From a bacterium (lineage in GTDB: Bacteria > UBA8248): a stretch of DNA of 64,000 bases. A model generated the notes under the pieces. The model saw nothing but the letters and a program-made list of their open reading frames with translations, made no database searches and had not been told where the DNA came from. Shown here in pieces: positions 35,416 to 44,874 of this stretch (position 1 is its first letter; each line of letters begins with the position of its first letter). The DNA lies in the NCBI GenBank assembly GCA_965213625.1, contig CBDBZU010000004.1, positions 3,136,001-3,200,000 of the forward strand. Direction: 5' to 3'. The translations under genes and the position numbers were made by a program.

Positions 35416-37314
35416 TTACAGGTTATACCCTTCCTCGAAGCGGATGTTGGACGCTTGTCTGAGTCTTTCCAGATACTGGTTGAAGACCATCGCTTTCTTC
35501 AATTGAAGCTGCGCATTGCTGAAATCCGATTTCTCGGATTCGAATTTCTTCATATCGGTCTGCGGCCCCTCCAATACCTCGAACAAAATTACATCGCTAC
35601 CAGCCTGAGCCATCCCGAATTCGCCCTTCTTGAGGCTGAACGCAAGGCTTGCAATATCTGGAGAAGACCCAAGCTGCGCGGGAACGCCCACCCGCTTGAA
35701 AGCTTCAGGCTTGAGCACCTTGAGTTTGAGTTCCTCGGCGATTGAAGATAGGTCACGCTTTTTACCCTTGAGTTCTTGGAGCCAGAGCGCCGCTTTTCGT
35801 TTCGCGGCTTCAGCCCCCTTGAGACGCAGGTATGACCGCTCCACCTGTTTGAGCACATCCTCGAATTTCGGGACGAATGGCTCCCTTTTCGCCTCGAGAC
35901 GCACGAAGCTGACGCCCCCGCCCCCTTCCCGTTCTCTGGAAATCTTTTCATCTCCGCTCAGACCAAATGCAAGTTCATTTATTATATTGGATGCAGGCAC
36001 CGTCTGCGGAGTACGACCTCTTTCAAAAAAGTCGGTTTCTCCCTTTTTCAGACCGGCGAGAGCCGGCTCCGCCTTCTTGTCTTCCACGGCGTAGCGGATT
36101 TTTCTCAATTCATTCTTCGCCCGTTCTCTGGACCGCAAGGCCCTCAAATCTACTTCCACTTGCTTTCGAACTTCCTCGAACGGTTTCTCGCCGGGCAAAA
36201 TCTTGTCCCGCACCCACAACAGGTGCATCCCGAAAGAGGTTTTAACCGGCTTGCTGACTTCTCCTTTTTTCAGTGCGTAGGCCACTTTTTCTAGCTCGGG
36301 CAGCATCTGGCCTTTGCCGAAAGCGCCGAGTTCGCCCCCTCGTTTCGCCCCGGGTCCCTCAGAGTGCGCTTTGGCCAGCTCGGTGAATTTCTCGCCCTTC
36401 TGGACACGCTCGCGCAGCGCTTCGAGCCGTTTCCGTGCCGCATCCACCTGCTCTTTTTTCGCATTGGGAGAAAGTTTCAACAGAATCTGATTCACAGACA
36501 CGCTCTCTTTGCGTTCATATTTCGCGCGGGTCCGTGCGTAGTGCGACCTCAGCTCTGTGTCACCAAGTTCGATTCCTTTCGCCACTGCGGATAACGGGAG
36601 ATGCCACCAGGTTACCTTCCGCTGAGGGCCGGTTTTGAATTGGTCTTTATTTTTTTCATAATAGGTTTTGAGGTCAGCTTCGGGTTTAGGCACATCCTCG
36701 GAGAAAGTCTTCGGTTTCAGACGAAGGGCGGCCAACCTGATCTCCGCGTTTCTCCACTCATAAGCGCCCCGTGTTTCCTGCTCGCTCACTAACACCCCCA
36801 AGCTCACATATTCACGAAGCTGATTGAGCAAAACGACCCGCCTTTGGTCATCTTCGAACTGCCGGGGCGAGATGCCATTCGACTCCAGTATGCTGCGATA
36901 ACGCTGGTTATCGAACTTTCCGTCCTGCTGAAAGGGGGCGAGCGATTGTATCTGGAGGGCGACTTGCGCGTTGGTGACCTCGATCCCGAGCCTCTGGGCT
37001 TCTTGTAGTTGAAGTTTTTCTAATATGAGAGAATCAAGCGTCTGGCGTCTCAGCCCGAGCCTGCGCGCAAGTTCTTCATTAAACGCGGCGCCCAGTTGCC
37101 TTCTAAGCCTTTCCGCCTGCTGATAATAGCGTTGTTCGAATTCGCGCACCGATATGGGCATTTCACCTACCCATGCCGCGACACGGCCGCCTCCGGTATC
37201 GCTTTGCCTGTCCGAGAGTGCGAACCCGCCAAAAGACACGAACGTGAGCGCTACGAAGCCGAGCAGCGCTTTAAGTACCCAGCTTTTACCCTTTTCTCTC
37301 AAAAAACGAAGCAT
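35416..37314 (-). CDS. ppiD: PpiD-like membrane-anchored chaperone (SurA N-terminal domain plus parvulin domain)
   Basis: N-terminal anchor MLRFLR..KSW, FQQDGKFD..RY, FTELAKAHSE..GGELG, PVKTSFGMH. Confidence 0.85.
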   Translation of the reverse strand: MLRFLREKGKSWVLKALLGFVALTFVSFGGFALSDRQSDTGGGRVAAWVGEMPISVREFEQRYYQQAERLRRQLGAAFNEELARRLGLRRQTLDSLILEKLQLQEAQRLGIEVTNAQVALQIQSLAPFQQDGKFDNQRYRSILESNGISPRQFEDDQRRVVLLNQLREYVSLGVLVSEQETRGAYEWRNAEIRLAALRLKPKTFSEDVPKPEADLKTYYEKNKDQFKTGPQRKVTWWHLPLSAVAKGIELGDTELRSHYARTRAKYERKESVSVNQILLKLSPNAKKEQVDAARKRLEALRERVQKGEKFTELAKAHSEGPGAKRGGELGAFGKGQMLPELEKVAYALKKGEVSKPVKTSFGMHLLWVRDKILPGEKPFEEVRKQVEVDLRALRSRERAKNELRKIRYAVEDKKAEPALAGLKKGETDFFERGRTPQTVPASNIINELAFGLSGDEKISREREGGGGVSFVRLEAKREPFVPKFEDVLKQVERSYLRLKGAEAAKRKAALWLQELKGKKRDLSSIAEELKLKVLKPEAFKRVGVPAQLGSSPDIASLAFSLKKGEFGMAQAGSDVILFEVLEGPQTDMKKFESEKSDFSNAQLQLKKAMVFNQYLERLRQASNIRFEEGYNL

Positions 37315-37466
37315 CAATGTTGCATTCCTCCCAAATCGACGGCCCATACAATCACACACGACTTTAGTAGTGAGCTAATGGAAAATAGCCCACCTCTCGT
37401 GTCATCGCAAATAGGATAAGGTGATTTTGACGGGTCCCTTCCGCTGCTCAATAGATTTTTTTTTGA

Positions 37467-38615
<1,149 letters not shown>

Positions 38616-38695
38616 CCGATATACATCATTAAAGCTTCGGTCGCTGCCCGCAATAGCGCTTTCGCGCATTTCTGGGAATCAACCCTAGAACTATT

Positions 38696-39529
38696 ATGTT
38701 TCAGTTTTTCGTCGAACGCAGAAGTCTGGCCCTCCTTGTCGGGTTATTTGCCGTCTGCTTCACGCTCATGACGCTGAGCGTGCGCTTTCGTGGTCAATCC
38801 ACTTTGATTGACAGAGCGTTACTCTCACTCGTCGGTTCGACCATTCAGCTCGCCGACATTCCCAGAAAATTGTCAGTCGAACTCTGGCAAAAATACCTGC
38901 TCCTCAAGAATGCCCATGAAGAAAACAACGCGTTGAAACAGAAGCTGCAATCGTTCAGCGCGAACCACGCGCAGGTACAAGAGTTGAAATCCGAAATCGC
39001 TCGCCTCGAGAAACTGCTCGCTGCATCGCAGACTCTCGAGGCGCCTGTTCGCCTCGCCCGGATTATCGCTCACAACAGAAACATTTATGGAGAATCGCTG
39101 CTTCTCGACCTGGGCTCGCAAGCTGGCGTGCGCAAGAATATGCCTGTCATGCACCAGGCAGGCCTCGTGGGAAGAATCTCCCGCGTAGGGAACAACGTGA
39201 GTCAGGTATTAACCCTGCTCGACTCTAGAAGCGCCGTCAACGTCATCGCCCAGCGCTCGCGCGCGCAAGGGGTCTTCGCCATTTCCTCCTTAGGGGAGAG
39301 CGAGGTGCGCTACATGCCGCTCCATACAGAAATGAAGCAAGGGGATCTGCTCATTTCTTCCGGTTTGGGAGGAATTTTCCCAAAAGGACTTCCCGTGGCC
39401 CATATTACAGATATCAAAAACGCGCGAGAGTTGTTCCCAATAATCAAGGCCAAGGCGGTTGTGGATTTCTCCAATTTGGAAGAGGTGATGATCCTGATGA
39501 CGAAACCTAAGGATAATCCCTGGAAATGA
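38696..39529 (+). CDS. mreC: Rod shape-determining protein MreC
   Basis: TM plus coiled coil, GLVGRI, SSGLGGIFPKG; synteny. Confidence 0.93.
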   Translation: MFQFFVERRSLALLVGLFAVCFTLMTLSVRFRGQSTLIDRALLSLVGSTIQLADIPRKLSVELWQKYLLLKNAHEENNALKQKLQSFSANHAQVQELKSEIARLEKLLAASQTLEAPVRLARIIAHNRNIYGESLLLDLGSQAGVRKNMPVMHQAGLVGRISRVGNNVSQVLTLLDSRSAVNVIAQRSRAQGVFAISSLGESEVRYMPLHTEMKQGDLLISSGLGGIFPKGLPVAHITDIKNARELFPIIKAKAVVDFSNLEEVMILMTKPKDNPWK

Positions 39530-40047
39530 TTGTTATATTTTATCTCATACTCGCTGTCCTCACGATTGTCTTGCATACGACAATTGCGGATTATTTCTCG
39601 AGCTGGATTGGCGCCAAGCCGGATGCCATGCTTCTCACGACTGTATTTCTGGGTCTGTACCGTGACAGAGAGACGGGGCTCATCGGGGGATTCAGCCTCG
39701 GAATTTTTGAAGATGTGCTCACAGGCGGCTTGCTGGGTTTCAATGCGCTCCTCAAAGGGTTGATTGGTCATTACACGGGTGGACTGAAACCCAGCATGAC
39801 GGCGCGCTCCGTCTTTTTCTACTGCGCGGTGGTGTTTTTCGCCTCCATATTCAACATCCTGTTCTCTTTTTTGCTCGTGCAAATTTTTGTGCCAGCTCAA
39901 TTTCTGCCCATCACGTATTGGATAGACGCTGTCAAGACGGTAGGCTTGAACGTCGTTTTGGCGCCTATCGCCATCAGCCTTCTGGGAATGATGGAAGAAA
40001 AAGTGCTACCATCAGATGCGGGTACGCCCTATCCGGAGCGCTCCTGA
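39526..40047 (+). CDS. mreD: Rod shape-determining protein MreD
   Basis: Hydrophobic 173 aa with KPD and G..ED motifs; synteny. Confidence 0.9.
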   Translation: MIVIFYLILAVLTIVLHTTIADYFSSWIGAKPDAMLLTTVFLGLYRDRETGLIGGFSLGIFEDVLTGGLLGFNALLKGLIGHYTGGLKPSMTARSVFFYCAVVFFASIFNILFSFLLVQIFVPAQFLPITYWIDAVKTVGLNVVLAPIAISLLGMMEEKVLPSDAGTPYPERS

Positions 40048-40048
40048 G

Positions 40049-41950
40049 ATGAAAGAGTGGCAATTCAATTCAAACCCCGAGACAAGCGATGCACTCAAGC
40101 GCCGCGTTGTCATTTTCGGGATCTGTTTCGGCTTGGTCCTCTTCGGCTTGTTCATCAGACTCTGGAATCTTCAGGTGATCCAGGGCGCGAAATTCCGAGC
40201 CCTTTCCGAAGATAACCGAATCGCCTACCGCCTCGTGCAAAGCCCCAGGGGCATGGTGTTCGACTCGAGCGGAGAACTGCTCGCCGACAACCGCGCATCA
40301 TTCAACATATATCTGATTCGGGAAAATGTAAAAAAACTGAAGCAGACCATTCGCCTGCTGGCCGAGATTACGGATCAACCCTTTGAGGAACTCTATCAAA
40401 GAACCCGAAATGCGAATCCTTTCCGCCCATTTCTGATCAAGTCGGACATCAGCCGCAAAACCATGGCTTTCCTGGAAGAGCATAAGCCCGATTATCCCGG
40501 TGTATTCGTTCAGGTGACACCCCTCAGACAATATCCGTCTAAGGAGCAGGCGAGCCATCTTCTCGGTTATATGGGCGAGGTCAGCAACCGTCAGTTACAA
40601 CGCTTGAAAGTACGAGATTACAGGCAGGGAGACTTGCTAGGTCAATACGGGGTCGAGCGAACTCAGGAAAAATTCCTGCGCGGGCAAAACGGCTTCAAGC
40701 AAGTGGAGGTAGACGCCTACGGAAGAGAGTTGCGCGTCGTCCGTCCGTTCGTGGAAAAACCGGGGAACAACGTCTACCTGACGATCGACATGGAACTCCA
40801 AAAAAAGGCGGAGGAGTTGTTCGAGGCGCATGAGGGCAGCATCGTCGTCCTCAATCCATCTAATGGCGCCATTTTGGCTATGGTGAGCAAGCCATCCTTC
40901 AACCCGAACATTTTTGCTGGAGGCATAGACGCCAAAGACTGGAAAAGTCTCATGCAAAACCCCCTGAAACCGCTCGAGAACCGGGCCATCCGAGGGCAAT
41001 ACCCCCCTGGCTCGATTTTCAAAATCGTGATGGGTTTCGCGATTCTGAACGAGAAAATCATGCGTTCCGACGAAAAAATACGCTGCCACGGCTCATTTCC
41101 ATTCGGGAAAAAGATATTTCGAGACTGGAAAAAAGGCGGGCATGGACCCATCGACTACGTTCAATCCCTGGCTCAGAGTTGCGATATCTACTATTACACC
41201 AACGGCCACAAGCTCGGCATCAAGAGAATCGCGCATTACGCGCGCATGTTCGGGCTGGGTTCGCCCACCGGGTTCGGAGCCGCTGAAAAAGGGGGGCTCG
41301 TGCCGTCGGATGCCTGGAAGCGCCGCCGATTCAAGGAAAGATGGTATAAGGGCGAAACTATCAGCGTATCCATCGGCCAGGGCTTCAATCTCGTCACGCC
41401 CATGCAGGCCGCCAACCTCATCGCAACCGTGGCGAACGGCGGTTATCTCTGGAAGCCCTACCTCGTGAGAAAAGTGCTGGACCCCGGCGGCAAGGCGCTT
41501 TTCGAATCCAAACCCCGGCTGATTCGGAAAATCCCGATATCTCCGGAAATTTTCCAGAAAGTCCGAGAGGGGCTCAAAGAAGTCGTCCACGGCAAGCGGG
41601 GCACGGCGAAAAAAGCCCGGGTGCCGGGCGTCATTGTGGCCGGCAAGACGGGCACCGCCCAGACGGTCGACCTCAAATACACGGGCCGTAAGAGAAAACC
41701 CGAAGAATTGCCGCGAAAATTTCGGGATCATGGCTGGTTCGTCGCATTCGCCCCCTTCGAAAACCCCACCATCGCAATCGCAATTTTGGGAGAAAACGCC
41801 GGCAGGCCGGGGTCCTTTTTCGCCCCGTACGCAAAAGAGCTGATCTCTTTCTATCTTGAGAAAAACGGGCAACAAATCCTGGCTTCGACCGAAACGACTG
41901 AAGGGAAACCGCTCTCCGCGAACAACCGGGCGCCAGGAATTCGCAGATGA
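40049..41950 (+). CDS. mrdA: Penicillin-binding protein 2
   Basis: PGSIFK (SxxK), SCD, KTGTAQ; synteny. Confidence 0.95.
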   Translation: MKEWQFNSNPETSDALKRRVVIFGICFGLVLFGLFIRLWNLQVIQGAKFRALSEDNRIAYRLVQSPRGMVFDSSGELLADNRASFNIYLIRENVKKLKQTIRLLAEITDQPFEELYQRTRNANPFRPFLIKSDISRKTMAFLEEHKPDYPGVFVQVTPLRQYPSKEQASHLLGYMGEVSNRQLQRLKVRDYRQGDLLGQYGVERTQEKFLRGQNGFKQVEVDAYGRELRVVRPFVEKPGNNVYLTIDMELQKKAEELFEAHEGSIVVLNPSNGAILAMVSKPSFNPNIFAGGIDAKDWKSLMQNPLKPLENRAIRGQYPPGSIFKIVMGFAILNEKIMRSDEKIRCHGSFPFGKKIFRDWKKGGHGPIDYVQSLAQSCDIYYYTNGHKLGIKRIAHYARMFGLGSPTGFGAAEKGGLVPSDAWKRRRFKERWYKGETISVSIGQGFNLVTPMQAANLIATVANGGYLWKPYLVRKVLDPGGKALFESKPRLIRKIPISPEIFQKVREGLKEVVHGKRGTAKKARVPGVIVAGKTGTAQTVDLKYTGRKRKPEELPRKFRDHGWFVAFAPFENPTIAIAILGENAGRPGSFFAPYAKELISFYLEKNGQQILASTETTEGKPLSANNRAPGIRR

Positions 41951-43089
41951 CGGGCATCGCCACCACTCAATCATCCACTTTTTGGCGAGCCGTCTCGCAG
42001 ACGGACTGGCTGCTCGTTCTCACCACGCTTTTGCTCAGCTTGACGGGCATATTCATGATCTACAGCGCCATCCATTCCAACCCCGTCTTTCTGAAAAGCT
42101 CACTGCATGTCAAACAAGCGCTGTGGACATCCATCGGTTTATTCGTATTGCTCTGTATCCTTTTTTTCGACTACCACTTATTTACGCGGTGGGCCTACTT
42201 TTTTTACGCCATCGTCATCATTCTCCTCATCGCCGTCCTCTTCTCGGGACAGGTGGCATACGGTGCGAAACGCTGGCTCGTTTTGGGCCCCTTGCGGCTT
42301 CAGCCCTCAGAGCTGGCGCGTTTGGCGGTCATCCTCGTTCTGGCCAGATACTTCGGCTCTCGCGGAGACGAAAACCCCATAGGATTCAAGGAACTCATCC
42401 CAGCGTTTGTTCTGGCCATCGCGCCCGTGTTGCTGATTGTTCGACAACCGGATTTGGGCACCGGCCTCACCGTTTTCCTGGTAGCGGGAGCGATGACGCT
42501 CGTCGTCGGCGTAAGGAGAAGAGTCCTCATCGCCATCGCAAGTCTGGCGATTGTATGCGCGCCGCTGGGCTGGTTTTTCATGAAACCATATCAACGCCTT
42601 CGGATTTTGACTCTCTTCAACCCCGACGCCGACCCACTCGGCGCAGGCTACCAGAGCATGCAAAGCATCATCGCCGTCGGCAGCGGTGAAATCTGGGGCA
42701 AAGGACTTCTTCAGGGAACGCAGAGCAGACTTCATTTCCTGCCGGAGAAACATACCGATTTCATCTTCTCCGTACTGAGCGAAGAGCTAGGCTTTATCGG
42801 CAGCATTATCGTGTTGGCGTTGTTCTTCATATTTATCCTGCGGTGTCTGAGCGCAGCGATGAACGCCGCCGACAAGGAAGGCACCCTGCTCGCCGTAGGA
42901 ATCACCTCGGCGTTTTTCCTCTACATCATATTCAACATCGGGATGACGCTCGGCCTGATGCCGATCGTCGGAATCCCGCTTCCCCTGGTCAGCTACGGAG
43001 GGAGTGCCTCCATCTCGTCTTTCATCGCCATCGCCCTGGTCCTGAACGTCGGCATGAGAAGAAAAAGCCTCACTCCCTTCTTCGGCTGA
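41947..43089 (+). CDS. rodA: SEDS peptidoglycan glycosyltransferase RodA
   Basis: GAKRW, QPSE, QPDLGT, PEKHTDFIF, SYGGS. Confidence 0.96.
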   Translation: MTGIATTQSSTFWRAVSQTDWLLVLTTLLLSLTGIFMIYSAIHSNPVFLKSSLHVKQALWTSIGLFVLLCILFFDYHLFTRWAYFFYAIVIILLIAVLFSGQVAYGAKRWLVLGPLRLQPSELARLAVILVLARYFGSRGDENPIGFKELIPAFVLAIAPVLLIVRQPDLGTGLTVFLVAGAMTLVVGVRRRVLIAIASLAIVCAPLGWFFMKPYQRLRILTLFNPDADPLGAGYQSMQSIIAVGSGEIWGKGLLQGTQSRLHFLPEKHTDFIFSVLSEELGFIGSIIVLALFFIFILRCLSAAMNAADKEGTLLAVGITSAFFLYIIFNIGMTLGLMPIVGIPLPLVSYGGSASISSFIAIALVLNVGMRRKSLTPFFG

Positions 43090-43095
43090 CCCCCC

Positions 43096-44559
43096 CTACT
43101 CCCCGTGTTCGTTCTCGCCCGGGGGTGGGGACGCGAAACTGTTCCCGATGGCGATCACGGCCTCTCGCCCGCCGTGCCGCTCGACCAGCGCCGCCTGCTC
43201 CGCCTTTGCGCGCCTGTCCACCTCTTCGGGGTCGAGGATGCGCAGAAGACACGCTTCGAGTTCCGTTAGAATGGATTGATGCGCAGGGTTTTGAGAGATG
43301 TCGTGACGCTCTTCGGGGTCGTCTTCCAGATCGAAGAGTTCGGGCTCGTGCCCCACGTAATGGATGTACTTGTAGCGCCCACGGCGAATCATGAACAGAC
43401 CCGTTTTGGCGCCGAGCGCGTGGAATTCACTAAAAATCTCTCGCCCGGGTTCATCGGGTTCGCTCGCCATTCGGAACAGGGAGTCGCCGTGTAGCGGCGC
43501 TTCCGCTTGGCCTTCGAGCAAGCCTGCGCAATCGAGCGCCGAGGGATACAGGTCGATGAGCGAGACCGGCGTTCGCGACACCTTCCCCCTCGGCACGTCC
43601 GGCCCCGAGACGATGAGAGGCACGGCGACTGATTCCTCATACATGGTGGATTTCCCCCAAAGGCCGCGCTCGCCCAGGTTGTCTCCGTGATCGCTAGCGA
43701 AGAGCACCCGCGTGTTGTCCCTGAAGCCTGAATCTTCCAGGGTTTTCAAGATTCTTCCGACGTTCGAATCCACAAAGCTGATCATGGCGAAATATGACGC
43801 GAGAGCGACGCGTCGTTTGTGGTCATCGAAATAATCGTCGTACGGAGCGCATTCGTGAAGCGCGGCAATCCACGGGTGCCAATCGTAGCCGCCCGAAGGG
43901 TGGGGCTCGGGCAGCGGAATTTCTTCGAGCGGGTAGTGATCGTAAAACTCGGGCGGTCCGATGAATGGGAAATGCGGGCACGTGAGGGAGACGAACAACG
44001 CCCAGGGGCGCTCGTCATCTTCCTTCGCTTGCCCGGCAATCCACTCGCAGGCCAAATCCGTGACTTGTCCGTCATAGGAGATATATTTGGAGTCACCCGG
44101 CCCGATTTGCTCGGCCATCCACTCCGGATTGTTCCGGGGCGGCAGGCCCTTCTCATCGCGAACCGCACTGTGGATATCACCTATACCACCTTTGGGTACA
44201 TGCAGGGGGATTATTTGCTCGTCGAAGCCGACGGGAAGCTCGGCGTTTCGGTAATGGAGCTTGCCGACCGAAGCGGTTCTCATCCCGGCTTCCTGGAGGC
44301 GGTGGCCCCAGCTCGGGGGCTTTCCCTCGTAGGGGTGCGCATTGTCCCAGGCGCTGATTTCATGGACATACTTGCCCGTGGCGAAACTCGCGCGGGCCGG
44401 CGCGCAGATGGGGCAGTTCGTATATGCGCTCTCGAACCGCGTGCCCGACGAAGCGAGCGCGTCGATGTTCGGCGTCTTGACAATCGGGTGGCCATAACAG
44501 CCCATCATTTTTTGTGTATGCTCATCATCCATCAAGAGCAAGAAATTCATCGGTTCCAT
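43096..44559 (-). CDS. Sulfatase (choline-sulfatase-like, Cys-type formylglycine)
   Basis: DEH, TPNID, CAPARAS, GKLH, PHFP, SDHG, LWGK. Confidence 0.9.
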   Translation of the reverse strand: MEPMNFLLLMDDEHTQKMMGCYGHPIVKTPNIDALASSGTRFESAYTNCPICAPARASFATGKYVHEISAWDNAHPYEGKPPSWGHRLQEAGMRTASVGKLHYRNAELPVGFDEQIIPLHVPKGGIGDIHSAVRDEKGLPPRNNPEWMAEQIGPGDSKYISYDGQVTDLACEWIAGQAKEDDERPWALFVSLTCPHFPFIGPPEFYDHYPLEEIPLPEPHPSGGYDWHPWIAALHECAPYDDYFDDHKRRVALASYFAMISFVDSNVGRILKTLEDSGFRDNTRVLFASDHGDNLGERGLWGKSTMYEESVAVPLIVSGPDVPRGKVSRTPVSLIDLYPSALDCAGLLEGQAEAPLHGDSLFRMASEPDEPGREIFSEFHALGAKTGLFMIRRGRYKYIHYVGHEPELFDLEDDPEERHDISQNPAHQSILTELEACLLRILDPEEVDRRAKAEQAALVERHGGREAVIAIGNSFASPPPGENEHGE

Positions 44560-44874
44560 TCGCGCAACTCCCTGAATCGGTTAGAAGTAGTCTAGAATCC
44601 GTAAAATCATATCTCCTGAAACAACGAATTGAAACTGCCCTCACTCCCGAATTGCGGCAAAACGCCCCGTTCGTTTTGACTTCAATATGCGTGACTATGC
44701 GCGTTGAAGCCAGTTGCTTCACACCCCTCGTATATCTTGGTTGCCAATTCTTTCCATTTCCGTCAATATAAGGGATCGGTTCGCCCAGACCCCCAAAAGG
44801 CGCAGGTCGGGAACCTGAAGAAGAAAATATGTCTCCCCGCATTTGGCGAGAGAGACTTTATCAGGCTGATTACA

